DNA of 64,000 bases from positions 434,001-498,000 of the forward strand of contig NW_027191462.1 of the NCBI RefSeq assembly GCF_011745625.1. The letters are read 5' to 3'. The notes below the pieces were generated by a model. The model was not told the DNA's origin and did no database searches. It worked only from the letters and a program-made list of their open reading frames with translations. The position numbers were made by a program, and so were the translations under genes. The stretch comes from Cladosporium halotolerans (Eukaryota). Shown piece after piece: positions 33,816 through 46,302 of this stretch (position 1 is its first letter; each line of letters opens with the position of its first letter).

Positions 33816-36800
33816 CTAATCAAGCGCAATGACCTCCTGGCCCCCTCCCGCAGCTTCCTTCTTCTTCCCCCCATCCCCACTCTCACCTCCCACCTTCCCC
33901 TCAAACCCCCTAACAACCCCATCAATCCTCTCCAGCGCCCTCCCAACCCCAACCGCATCCGCCGCAACCCCACTGCCCAGCCCCAAAAAGTGCTCGTCGC
34001 CCGGATCGCTCCAAATCTCCCGCAGAGCCTTGAGGAGCTCCTCGGGCAAACTCTCCGCGTTCGCGCGCGTGCGCTCCTGCTCGACGTGCCAGCGCACGGT
34101 GCGCCGCGCCGAGGCGGGGTCTGCGCGGCCGCGCGCGCGCAGGCTGAAGGTTATCTGCGGGTGGGGCGGCTTGTATTTCAGGCTGTACCAGGAGACGTTG
34201 CGGATGTGGAGGAGCGGGGAGGCGCGGGTTGGGTGGGCTTTTTGGATGGTTTCGATGGTTTGGAGCACGGGCAGGCTGAGGTGCAGGGTGTGCATTGTCG
34301 TGCTGAAGGCGGTCGCGGGGGGAAGAGAGGGGTTGTTGAAGTTTTGCTCGAGGAGGGCGCGGATGAGGAGGTGCGGGTTGGAGTCGGGCGGGGAGAGGCG
34401 GAGTTTGATGGGCTGAGATGGTTCGGTTGGGAAGGTGATTTGGGCGCTGAGGGAGGCGTTGGGGCCGTAGGTGAAGGCGAGGCGGTGGAGGGTTGCGGTC
34501 GAGCAGGTGTCGCCGCAGGATTTGAGGACTGCTAGGCAGTGGTCTAGGCGCTTGATGGCGGATAGTTTTCCTCGGATTTCCTCCATGAAAGGCTTCCCGA
34601 AGGGTGTGCGGAATTTGACGGCCAGGCCTCCCGTTTCGTTCATGGCGAGGTCCTGGTCGTGGCTGTTGTTGGTGAGATTTTTTCGAAGCTCCTTGAAAGA
34701 CTTGTCGTGTAGTGCTAATCGCAAGTCATGCCGTACCAGTAAGCGGTCAGAGGTCCCACTGGGGAGCTTGCTGTCATCGCCGTGGTGTGTTAGTCGGACG
34801 AGCTCTTGAGCCCAAGGCTTCCAGTTCTTCTCCCGTGTAGGGTTCATCAGCCTTGAGAAATTGATGAATATCGCCGGGAGAGTTTGTTGAGCGTCGCTAG
34901 CGTCACTCGAGATTAGCGAAGGCTTCTCAAAGTAGTAAGGGACGTGTTCGTGATCAAGTTCCATGGCGAGTGATGTGTAGGATACCTCTGCGAGAGCAGC
35001 CTTCTCGATCTGCAGCAACAATCTCCGCGACACCATCGCATCGGATGTGGCAGGAGTTCGAAGCCTTCTCGCATTGACGATGACTCTGTGCTTTGCGCCA
35101 TCGATTTCCTTGAGCTGGACAATCCACCAACGGCTGCCTGAAAGACCGACTGTGAGGCAGATTGCCCACTCTTTACCCCAGTTCTCAGCAGGGACGAAAA
35201 TTTCTCTCTGCCAGAGATCTTCCCCGAAGAATACGCGGAGATTGTCCTGTCGCGCAAGGTCTACAACTGGGTGCCATCCAAGTGAATGTATTGACTTGTC
35301 GACTGACTCCAACACAAGTGCAGATATCATCGAAGCGAGTCGCCTTGGGATATCAGTAGTCGGGTCAGTGTTGAGACGTTGCTGCGTTTTCCTGGTAGCA
35401 GGCGTAGACGGCGATATTGAGAACTGTCCAGTTATAGGCTCCACAATCACTCGAACCGGAGATCGTAACGATGGGAGGTTCATGACTAATGCGCAGTCAT
35501 CTGGGTTGTCGTTTGAGGTGCTCAGTTCCGCTGAGAATTTCGATTGCGGAGGCACAAATCTTATAAGGTCGTCCTTGACATGGCGTAGGAGAGATGACGA
35601 GTGTTTGGCGATGGCTTGCAGCAGGATCGCCTCCAGATCGATGTGACCCCAGTCAATGTCCAGTTTGGCGTCCGGGACCTGAACACCGCGTTGAAACCAT
35701 CTTACGGAGATTTCTGGCGTCGGATTCAGTACTGTTCTCCCATCCTTGGTTCTGCCGCTGCCAATTCCCAGCTCTAACCAGGATTTTCTTCCAGGCCTTC
35801 CGGTCCAATAGCTTACGACGACTATTCGGCGAATTTTTTGGACGCTGATTGCATCGAACCACTTGCCGCGCAAGAGATCGAACACCTGGCTGTGTAATAC
35901 AGTCAACTTGTGTGTCAACACGTAGTTGTGCAAAACGTCGTAGCAGCCCTGAAGGCCTTTCGCTGCGATAGCCTTGTTGACTTCCATTTCGCAAAAGTTT
36001 TGAATAAAGTCGTTCAGCTGCTCAGGTGCTGGAGAGTACAAGAATCGCAGCTCGATAAAGAAGAACGGACTTTGAGGGTCCTCGTCCGCTACTGCGAGAT
36101 CAACAGCAAATTCACCGGGTACTGAGAATGTTGCGCGTCCGTCGGCTACTGTGTACTGATTCAGGTGGTACGGAAGTTCTTCGTTCAGCGTCAATCTCGT
36201 GGCGAGCGTGACATTCATGTCCTTAAGAGTCCGTAATAGTTCCTTGCCTGTCATTTTGGGAGGAGTGATGTAACCAAGATCCGTCAGCGTAGACTTTCCC
36301 GTGGCCAGAAGTTCCAGTGCACCTTCGATGTTCGGGTTGGGCATTTTCGCTTGACTCATGGCCAGCTTCATTTCGCCCACTGCAGTCGTCGCCTGGACGT
36401 GACAGAAGTTCGATCGTCCGAGGTGCGCGTTCACGTCTATTATCCCGGCAAACGCTTCGGCATCTTTGCTCCAGTCATTGATCACCAGCGCCTTGATGAA
36501 GCGCTCTCGTTGCTCCTGAGCAAAGTTCATCAAGTTGTTCTTCTTCTTCAAACTCACAGCATCCGTGTCCTGTTCGGATGTCACGCCGTTGGGCTGAGCT
36601 GCTTGCTGTGGAACCTTCTCGTTTGCCATCCGCGCGATGAGGTCGTTCAAGTCGGTGAAGCACTTCTCCGCAGTGCGGATCATGAGCTTTCCAAGAGACT
36701 TGTTCTCCACGCCCTCGCGCCATGATTGATCCAAAGGCGGCGGCGTTAGGGGATTTGCCGACGACGACCGTGCTCCGCTTCCTCCATTTTCCTGCAGCAC

Positions 36801-36965
36801 TCCGTTGGGAACGACTCCATTGGGCCCGGTCGCGACGGCGCCATTGCTCTGAGGCTGTCCGACCCCTTGAGTCTCACCTGCTTCTGACACATGGGTGCGA
36901 TCCTTCTTAAAGCCTTGCGACCCTGCGGCGTTCGCTTGTTCTTCCATCATCAGCCTGCCGGGCAT
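33816..36965 (-). CDS. MED14: Mediator of RNA polymerase II transcription subunit 14
   Basis: First ATG at 36965 (MPGRLMME). Motifs KKKNNLMNFAQEQRERFIKALV, KMPNPNIEGALELLATG and YTVADGRATFSVPGEFAVDLAVADEDPQSPFFFI. Confidence 0.93.
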   Translation of the reverse strand: MPGRLMMEEQANAAGSQGFKKDRTHVSEAGETQGVGQPQSNGAVATGPNGVVPNGVLQENGGSGARSSSANPLTPPPLDQSWREGVENKSLGKLMIRTAEKCFTDLNDLIARMANEKVPQQAAQPNGVTSEQDTDAVSLKKKNNLMNFAQEQRERFIKALVINDWSKDAEAFAGIIDVNAHLGRSNFCHVQATTAVGEMKLAMSQAKMPNPNIEGALELLATGKSTLTDLGYITPPKMTGKELLRTLKDMNVTLATRLTLNEELPYHLNQYTVADGRATFSVPGEFAVDLAVADEDPQSPFFFIELRFLYSPAPEQLNDFIQNFCEMEVNKAIAAKGLQGCYDVLHNYVLTHKLTVLHSQVFDLLRGKWFDAISVQKIRRIVVVSYWTGRPGRKSWLELGIGSGRTKDGRTVLNPTPEISVRWFQRGVQVPDAKLDIDWGHIDLEAILLQAIAKHSSSLLRHVKDDLIRFVPPQSKFSAELSTSNDNPDDCALVMNLPSLRSPVRVIVEPITGQFSISPSTPATRKTQQRLNTDPTTDIPRRLASMISALVLESVDKSIHSLGWHPVVDLARQDNLRVFFGEDLWQREIFVPAENWGKEWAICLTVGLSGSRWWIVQLKEIDGAKHRVIVNARRLRTPATSDAMVSRRLLLQIEKAALAEVSYTSLAMELDHEHVPYYFEKPSLISSDASDAQQTLPAIFINFSRLMNPTREKNWKPWAQELVRLTHHGDDSKLPSGTSDRLLVRHDLRLALHDKSFKELRKNLTNNSHDQDLAMNETGGLAVKFRTPFGKPFMEEIRGKLSAIKRLDHCLAVLKSCGDTCSTATLHRLAFTYGPNASLSAQITFPTEPSQPIKLRLSPPDSNPHLLIRALLEQNFNNPSLPPATAFSTTMHTLHLSLPVLQTIETIQKAHPTRASPLLHIRNVSWYSLKYKPPHPQITFSLRARGRADPASARRTVRWHVEQERTRANAESLPEELLKALREIWSDPGDEHFLGLGSGVAADAVGVGRALERIDGVVRGFEGKVGGESGDGGKKKEAAGGGQEVIALD

Positions 36966-38412
36966 CTCCTCACCATGCCCGGCGCGCTCTTCTCCCGCCG
37001 GCGCTCCGCCTTGCGCCGTGCCTCCGGCAGCCTGGCCTGATCCGGGCACGCTTGGCGACTGTATGGTGACTTAGGGTCCTGAGGTCATGTCCTCTCGTTG
37101 CTGTGACTTGACGAACTTTGCAAGCCGTGCAAGTTCGGATAGTCGACGTGCAGATGGAAGGTCCCGAGGTCCAGCAGCGTGTCGCACAGTGAGGATAGTC
37201 GTGGTTTTGGGTTCGCGTGCAGTGCGGCGCAATCAACAGCACCGCTGCGGGCGCAGTTGTGAGGCGGCGATTGGGCGTGACGTCGCGCGACGAGGTTTGT
37301 GTAGAGTATGAATGCGCGCGGATTCGGCCGCGGTGCGTACGATGTTCGGAGATGTGGTGGTGGTGGAGGTGGTCGGAGTGGGTTGCGGGTGTAGTTGCGG
37401 TTGCAGAGTCGCGGCGATTGCGCAGATCTCACTGCAACAAGCGCTGAGGAGGAATGCGCTGGACTCTGTCTGGAGCGAGCAGCAAGGTTCGGGATTGCCC
37501 GCACCGCGCGCCATCGCCCACGATGATGGATGCCAACCCCACGCCAGCTCCGGGTGATGAGCCGAGGAACCTTGTATTTACCTCTGCTTTCTAATAGATT
37601 TAGTTCTGTGGAATCGCACCTATGTTACTCGGCTGTCCATTGCACTGCTATGCCGAGGTGCTCTAGTCCTGGACAGTACAGACGGCTGCGCATCCTACTT
37701 CAAGGATGGATGGCTCCCGCAACGGTCGCATCCACAGCCGGTTGCGCCCGACCGAACCGCGTTCACTCGCTACAGGAAGATCGAGGAGTTTCGACTACTG
37801 TTGTCAAACATGAGATACACGCGAAACGGGACCTCGGAGAGCTACTGAAACGTTTACATAGCAGCAATTCGATCCTTAAGTTCCTGACACCCTTCGATGC
37901 TCGGCAAGCATCAGAAGCGTAATCACCAGGTGCCTCGTACTCAGGTCATGCAACGGCTCGGCATATGCGATCGACATGAAGGCAAGGGTGATCTGTCGCT
38001 GCATGCAATGTTTATTTCCTAAGACACAGAAAGTATCGTGCACATGTCACGATACTGTCGGCTTCTCATATGTTTTCTCAGCGTGACAATCAAATCGGAA
38101 ACTCTTCCAGTCACAAGACGATAGTCCAAGGCAATATCCAGACTATAGGGCCATACCAGCTAGCAGCGGTAGGTCACGCGTGCTAACCTCCATGTCGTTA
38201 ATGGCCTCGCGCACGCTATCTCTTATCTGCAACGTCTCCTCAAGGACAATGCGCGTGCCGTGCCCAGCTGTGAACTCGCTACCGTACATAATTTGCCCGC
38301 GCACCTCCTGTCGCATCCCCCCTGTGGGAATCCACGGAAAGCCACTCGCCGTGTTGAAATGGCGGCGCGCCCTTGAACGCCGGGCACGCGCAGGGTCTCG
38401 CTGCGGGCGCTG

Positions 38413-40506
38413 ATGGATCGGCGTCGCCTCCAGCCACTGCTCTCCCTGCGCCAGCAAACATCCTGCGGCCAGTTCTCCTCACGCAGCAACGAGGCCGACG
38501 ACGAGCGCTCCGAAGTTTCCTCCATCACATCGTCCATGGGTCCTGCAGATACAAGCGATTCGGAGGACCGGCCTCCTCCCGCCTACGATGGCGAGGACAC
38601 CCGCCCCACTTCCCGGAAAGAGCTCCTAGGCTTCTACGCCTACTCGTTCGCCGCCGAGGTCTTCGTCGTCTGCGGGCTCGGCGCATTCATTCCTATTACT
38701 CTGGAAGATCTCGCGCGTGGCTCTCCGAGCGCCGTCTTGGTCAGCGATCGGACGAAATCATGCAAGACGAAAGTCGGCATTCCGGAAGTAGCGTTGACGA
38801 CCTTCGACCCCGGCCACAATCGCGGCAAGCATGCCAACAACCAATGCGTTTTCGACTTCATGGGCCTCGAGATCAACACGGCCAGCTTCGCCATGTACAC
38901 GTTCAGCTTGAGCGTCCTGCTCCAGGCCCTTGTCGTCGTGACCATGTCTGGAGCTGCGGATCACGGCAGGTTCCGCAAGACCTTGTTGCTGGTGTTTGCG
39001 GTCGTCGGCGCGATCGCTACGATGCTGTTCTTGCCCGTCACGCCTAACGCTTACATGCTTGGGAGTCTGTGGGCTGTCATTGGGAACGTTTGTTTCGGAG
39101 CTAGCTTTGTACTCTTGAACTCTTTCCTGCCGCTGCTTGTCAGGCATCACCCGAGAGTTTTGCACCGACGCAGGAGTAGAGGTTTGAATGTACGGAGTCA
39201 TAATGAGGTGAGTGATATTTGATCTTTGGGATACTCTTCGATTGTAGTCTGTCGTGGAGTTCGCCTATTTGCGTACAGCAAAAGGCCATTCAAAGACCTG
39301 CAAACATAAGCGCTTACGCACGAATACTCGATGTCAAATTTACTTACCAATATTTAGATCCCTAATAGTAATGAAAATGACTCACCCGAGCTGAGTAGAA
39401 CAGACGAAGCGGACTCCACCACTCCTCTCCTCCCACACGTCGAACAAATCGAGCCGTACCCCCGATCCGCAGCAACGCCACTCGACGATATGCAACTCTC
39501 CACCAAGATCTCCTCATACGGCATCGGCATCGGCTACTCCGCCGCAGTCATCGTCCAGATGCTCTCGATCGTCATCCTCAAATCCACCGGCGCCAACCTC
39601 TTCTCCCTCCGCCTCGTACTCTTCGTCATCGGCCTCTGGTGGCTCACCTTCACCATCCCTGCCGCAATTTTCCTCCGCCCCCGCCCCGGCCCACCCCTCT
39701 CCTACGGCTCCCCCAACTCCAAGCAAACCTGGGCCGGCTACCTCATCTACTCCTGGACCAACCTCGGCAAAACCGTCCTCCGCGCCCGCCGCCTCAAAGA
39801 CGTCCTCCTCTTCCTCGCCGCCTGGTTCATGGTCTCCGACGCCGTCGCCACCGTCTCGGGCACCGCCATCTTGTTCGCCAAAACCTCCCTCGGCATGGAC
39901 TCCGCCGCCCTCGCCCTCATCAACGTCATCGTCACCCTCTCCGGCATCGCCGGCGCTTTCACCTGGTCCAAAGCCAGCCGCATGGCCCGCCTGAGCCCCT
40001 CCCAGACCATCCTCGCCTGCATCTGCCTCTTCGAGCTCATTCCCCTCTACGGCCTGCTCGGCTACGTGCCCGCGATCCAGCGCCTGGGCTCCTTCGGCCT
40101 GCAGCAGCAGTGGGAGATGTACCCCGTCGGCGCGGTCTACGGGCTTGTCCTGGGCGGGTTAGGGGCGTACTGCCGCGCGCTGTACGGCGAGCTGGTGCCG
40201 CCGGGCAGCGAGGCGGCGTTCTACGCGCTGTATGCCATTACGGATAAGGGGAGCAGTGTTTTTGGGCCGGCGGTTGTGGGCGCCATCACGGATGCGACGG
40301 GCGATATTCGGCCGGCGTTTTGGTTCCTGGCTGTGTTGATTGGGGCGCCGATTCCGTTGTTGATGATGGTTGATGTGAGGAGGGGGAAGAGGGAGGGCGA
40401 GGCGTTGGCTAGAGAGATGGTGGGGATTGGTGAGGGTGGGGAGGATGATGAGGAGGGAGAGGAGGTGGAGACGCCGAGGGATGAGGGGAGGCGGTTGTTG
40501 GAATGA
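38413..40506 (+). CDS. ATG22: Vacuolar effluxer Atg22 (MFS)
   Basis: Motifs [48 protein letters not shown] and [17 protein letters not shown]. Intron 39208-39357 keeps the frame. Start codon uncertain. Confidence 0.93.
39208..39357 (+). other. 150-nt self-complementary spliceosomal intron (introner-like candidate)
   Basis: Nested inverted segments 39208-39222/39334-39347, 39253-39263/39321-39333 and 39270-39275/39315-39320. Confidence 0.55.
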
Positions 40507-41068
40507 TGATGGGTTTATAGCATTGTAATCACAGCACGCGATTCCATTTGACGAAATCCTCGTGACAGACAGTATGCCGTGCACTTAGCGATGAGAGATA
40601 GGCAAGAGAAAGTGCACCCTTCAGATCAAAGTCGTCTCGTCAATTGTCAGAAAAGCTACACATAAACAAGAATATTTACAGCTCCTCCCTACATCTCCCA
40701 TCTCAGCATTCTCCCTCATTCTCGCTCGCGAGAAGTCTTCCGTCAAATGCACGACATCCACCATCCACCTCCTGAAAGAAACCATGAAAACGATAGAACA
40801 ACGCCCTGAGCACCCGTCCCCTCGTCAGATAAAAGAGAAATCATCGTCCCATCATGCCATGCCGTCCGCTCTGCGCGATGAACAAGAACAGAAAAGCGTA
40901 GCAAAACCAATGGCAACAAACAACAAAACACAAGAATATCAAGCGGGGTATCTGACAAGAGATCTAAGGCGCCAAACGGCAAAACGGGAAACAGGATAGA
41001 GAAAGCTCGCGGGACTTCTTCAAGCCCCACGAGCAATCGAAGGAATAGAAGATTGAGAGAAGCGTCGA

Positions 41069-44000
41069 TCAAGCCTCCGGCTCGTCGCCCTCGTCGATCT
41101 TGTCCGGCACGCCCGACGCGCCCTCCATGTGCGCCGCGTGGCTAGCGGACGCGGTCGTGGGGCTCTCGCGCGTTGTCGTCGTCGTCGGTGGCGCCGCGCT
41201 CGTGGGATTCGGGGGATGGTTAGGCGACTCGCTCTTGACGACGCCATGCTGCGGCGTGACCTGGCCGGCGGGGTGGGGGGCGTTGCGGGGGGAGGCGGAA
41301 GCGTTGGAGCCGCGGGCGGAGGCGCCGCCGCCGGAGTGGATGGAGTGGGCGGAGTTGGTGCGAGGCGAGACGCGGCCGTTGAGCTTGGCCCAACGCAGGC
41401 CGCAGGAGTTGCAAAGGTCGCGCTGGCCGGAGGGCCCGCGGCGCCACTCGGGCGTGACGCGCGTGTGGCAGTTGGCGCAGTCCTTTTGCTGGTTGCCGGC
41501 GCCCTTTCTGCGCTTGCGCTTCTTTTTGGCCGCGATGAGAGATTGGACTTCTTCGGCGAGCATGCGGTTTCGCTTCTCCAGCTGGCGGATTTCGTATTGC
41601 CAGGAGCTAGACTTGGTGGTCTTGAGCTCGTCGAAGAGGTTGTCTTCTGACGCGAGGAAGTCGTCCTGGTGGCCGAGTTGGAGGCCGTTTTGGCCCGAGT
41701 AGGTGATGGCGGAGTGATTGGTGTTTTGAAACTTGCTGGTGGAGAGAGCGGAATTGGGCGTGTCGCCGGCCCCAGTTGTTTGAGTCAGTTTCGCTGAGCT
41801 CTTCGACTGCAAGGAATCCTCCGAGCTCCTGTCTTTGGTGAGACTTGGCCGCGGCATTTGCGAGGCGCGCGAGAATTTGATAAGCCTGGTCTGCGCAACG
41901 ATAAATGTCGGCTTTTGACCTTCGCTTGCGTCTCCAGGGTACAGCGTAGTGAAAGCTGAGAGGACTTGGCCTCGCCGGTTGATCATCTCATGCTTCACAG
42001 ACGCCTTGCTACCAGTCCTTGCGTGTTCCAGAATTCTTCCAAACTCTGACTTGGACTCTGCACGCATCAAGGACTGAATGCTGACTCCCACCAGCTCATC
42101 AGGCTGGCGATCAAGCAGCTGTCGGACATTGGAAGACACGTAGAGAAACATGCCTGACGTCGACATCTTTGTCCAAAGCTCGTTCTCTCCCACCCCACCG
42201 GCGCTGGAAATTTCGTGCTTGCTGAGAGTGTACACCGGGCGTTCGCGGCCAACCATGATGATTGATTTCCGGCCTTTTCCTTGTTCTGTGTGAAGAGAGC
42301 CATGGCCTTCGAACCACATATAACCGCTCCTCTTGCGGCGGATGCGGAACACGATATTGACAGAGGCGCCGGATGAAGTATCCTTGAGTTCTCTGGTGAC
42401 CGGCACAATATCACTGGGGTGACAGACAGAGCTGAGGGCGGTGCCGATGATTTCGCTCGGCTCGTACTCAAGGACACGTTGAGCAGAAGGAGAGATCCAC
42501 TGGAAGAGGCCCTTGAGTGACAGGACGTGCACGACGTCGTCCGTATTCTCTAATAGAACCTTGTCCCACATGCGCTTGGCGTACTCGGACTCGCCTGTGC
42601 CGATGGTGCTCAATATCGTGGATACGTCGTCGCGCGGGACCGTTTGTCCTAGGTCGGGTCTGGATGTTGATTCCGGCGCACTCATGGTGTACGCCGGCAT
42701 GGCCATGCCACGTTGATAATTGATTGCGTACGAGCCATCTGCGCACGTTCCGTCAGCTTCCTGGCCAAGCAATTTATACCTTCGGAGCCCTCGGCTTCGT
42801 GATCGGACTCCATCGGTGAACAGATCGGGCGATGAACGTACCAGGATTTTTGTTCGTAACCGCATTCGGCTGCTCCACCAAGTCAACCTGAAAACCCACG
42901 AAGAATTTCACCTGCTCAGTATCCCAAGTGATCGGAATCATCGTGAGCAGGTTCATGAATGGCTGGCCGCCGCGGCGGTAATTGATAAGCGAAATTTGCG
43001 ATTCGCGCCGCAGGTTGACCATGTTCTTCAAATACAGCACAGAGTCGTCATCAACATATTTTCGGCGCACTCCTGCTGCTACGTTGCCGTCCGGAGATTG
43101 CAAGAAGCGACAGTTGCGCCCAAGAATCATGTGCTTCGTGTATCCGGTCAGACGCTCGAAATTGTCCGAACAATATACAATAGGAAAGTCGTCAAGCTCT
43201 GCATCGCACACCACAAAAGCACAGGACAAGTCGACAGAGCCAATGTTGATTTCGGGGTTTGGTCTTGTCGCCACGCGCATCTGAAAGTCTGTTAGTCTGT
43301 GCTCGAGGAGCTCCGATCATAAGCCACATACCAAAACGCCAAGCATGTCAAATCCAGTCGATGAATACGCGTTCTTGTAGGCAGACTGCATATGAGGTTT
43401 GTTGACCATAGTCGAAGGCCAGCTGCCGCCTGTAGGCTCCCATGGAAAATTTTGGTTGTTGGGATTGTAAGAAGTTGGCTTCACGGGCAGTGGACCGTTC
43501 AGGCCGTTGTAATCATTCCCAGTGCGTCCGACGCCGCGATCCTGAACTGATCCAGGCATGGGGTTCTGTGGTTGCCCCTGAAACCCGCGATTGGTGCCAT
43601 GCTGGCTTGATTGATGCATAGATTGATTTTGCTGCGCATCATTTCCGGTGGTCGGTGTCTCAGGTTGTTGAGGGCTGGCCGCGGAAGACACGTGATTGCT
43701 TTGGCTTCTCGACAGCTGGTGGGGCATCGACGGTCGCTGGCTTTTCCGGCCATACTGCGAGCTACTGCCACTTAGGGCGGTCGCATCTTGCGAAGAAACG
43801 CGCGTCGATCCAATGGATGGGTCTTGTGGTGTGCCTTGTTGAATTGGCGAAGCGACGACGTTCTGATTATAATGGGGTTGGCTGTACATGGGCATTTGGA
43901 TGTCCTCCGTGTTTGCTCCTAGGTTGCCGCCCATGTGGGAAGACATGTTGCCGGCCATGTTGTTGTTGGCGTTGTTCCCCATACTGCCCATGCCGCCACC

Positions 44001-44765
44001 CATACCGTTCATATTGCCGCCCATACTGTTTCCCATGTTGCCGCTCATGCCAGGGTCCAAGCCTGTCCCCATGTTGTTGCCAAAGCCTACGGCCATACCG
44101 TTTCCCATGTTACCGACATTATTACCCATACTACTCTGATCCAGACTGAAATCCATTTGCATCGCCAGACTTGGATCCAGGTAGGGACTGTTCATATCAA
44201 TGTCTAGAGTTGACTGGTGGGCGGGGGAGGCGTATGCTGAGTTTTGGTTCATCATAGCGCCGTAGTTCTGCGGTGTGCTTGAAAAGTTGGTGTTGAGGTT
44301 GAGTTCGTTATTGCCTGATTGCCGTCGATTTGGAATGGGTACCTGGCCACTTTGGGTGGTGGGTGTGTTGCCAGACATGGATCCAGTTTGGTCCGTGTTC
44401 ATTCCAGGATTGAAGGGATACGAGTTCATGGCCTCGGCTGGGGATCTGTTGCCGTTGAAGTCCATCATACTGTTGATGCGTCGCACTCCCGGGCTGTAAT
44501 TGTTTCCTTGATTTTGTGTAGCGTTCGCGAAGCCCTGCGGCATGCTCTGGCGCCGAATCATCTTGGAATTGAGGTTCGAGCTGAGGTTTCCCATGTTCAC
44601 CATTCCATCCAGCGACTGTCCCCCAGCGACATTCTCGTCCGAGCCTCCATCGCCATTCAGGCCCGCCTGCCCCATCATCATCATGCTCTGCATATCGTGC
44701 CGGCCGTCCTGCGGCATGCCGTTGCCATCGTATCCCGTATTGTCGCCATATTGGAAGCCATTCAT
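41069..44765 (-). CDS. wc-1: White collar-1 blue-light photoreceptor / GATA transcription factor
   Basis: Exons 44765-43332, 43280-42842 and 42738-41069. LOV domain (GRNCRFLQ), two PAS domains, NLS KKKRKRRK and GATA finger CANCHTRVTPEWRRGPSGQRDLCNSC. Confidence 0.97.
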
Positions 44766-44812
44766 CGCGGGCGACGTAGCGCCTGCCTAAGAGCAAGCTA
44801 GCTAGTCGCTCC

Positions 44813-44902
44813 TTACAAAATGCCTGCCGTGGCGGGCAGGTGGTCTGCCGCTGAGGCAGCGCAACTACGCTCCGATAGTCGCAGCGGTACGCACTTCAGC
44901 AT
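44813..44902 (-). promoter_or_regulatory. Putative 29-aa upstream ORF in the wc-1 leader
   Basis: ATG 44902 to TAA 44813 (MLKCVPLRLSERSCAASAADHLPATAGIL), ending 47 nt before the wc-1 ATG. Transcription start unknown. Confidence 0.4.
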
Positions 44903-46302
44903 GAGGCTAGTACCAGCGGCGGCGCTGCACGGCGTGGTCCTGTCGCGGTCGGATGGGTCAGTGGTGTGGTGCCAGGTGCCAGAAAGCCGGGTCCACGAGA
45001 TGACAAGCCTCGATCCGACGGCTGCGCGTCCAAGGCGGAGAGGATGCCGGGCGCGGCGAGTGACAGGCGTAGCGAGGCGAGTGCTGTCGCAAGAGCAGTA
45101 GTCAGTCGTTTGATCGCGATCGGAGTGGTAGCTCGAGTGCTAGGGCGCTGCGGCTCTCGTGTGCAGGTGCTGAAGTGCGCTGCCGTGTGGCTCGCAAGGG
45201 TAGGTGGACGCCTCTCAGCAAGGAAGACAGCCGAGACGGGGGCGCCAACCAGCGCGCAGCGGCAGCGACGGGAGGCGCTGATTTTGCCCATTCGCGATCT
45301 CCACACCGCGCCCGAAACACCCAGCAGATCCCCCGGTGATGTCAGCACAGCGTCGTGGCTCGCGCGGCGCTGCCAGAGCGCTGAAGAGGATTCAATAGCA
45401 CCTCGGCTACGGGTTCTGATAGCCTCCTGTCGCGCATTTCATTTCCACCGTTATGCTATTGGATTCTGGTGATTCTGCAGATAGCATAGCAACAGCTGTG
45501 TGAGGCTCAACACCCGCTCGCAATGCTTTTTTTCCGAGTGTGTGCGGCCGCGCTTTGCGTCTATGCTTCCTCCCTCCCGAAAATCGATCGATGGCAGCCA
45601 GCGTCCCGATTCCCACGCGGCTAGTAGATGGACTTCATGGCCTGGGCTTTCGTCTCCCTGCATTAGCAGCGCTGCAACTCCCCGTTCGAATTGTGTAGCA
45701 ACGCGCTGCACAGTCATTAATTTTGTCGACTTATGCGCGCCCTCGGCGCTGTATCATGCCCTAGCACTTCGTTACTTGACGCCACCGACGCATGCCATGC
45801 AGCTTCAAGTAGCCATGGCGATGTCGGGGAGTGAGACACGCCAATACCATCAGACACATATAACAGTTGGGCAAGTCATGTCTGCGATCGGTCCGTGGTT
45901 CAGCCATGTTTCGGAGAATCGTAACGCTTGCTCGTTACAGCGCGTTTGGACGGCGTTCCTGAAAGACATGAGGCGAACCAATGACAGGAATGGTGTTTTC
46001 GCGTGTCGGTTGTGGTAAATTGCGAGTAAACATCGCGTGTGATAAGCCTTGCGTGGGGGTCGAGATAAGCTTATTTCGCGACTTCCTCCCGTCATCGCGA
46101 AAAGATACTGCGTTTCTGGACAGATCATGTGTTTGCCTGAATTCATATGATCTACACAATACATACTGACAGTCATTCGACTGATCGTGCAAAAGACGTG
46201 CCTCGCAATTCCTCATACGTGGCTTCCCACTCTCGAATAATTCGCCAACCAGGCCAAGGGGTATCATATCATATCAAAAGCACAAACTCCTCAATCCCGT
46301 CC

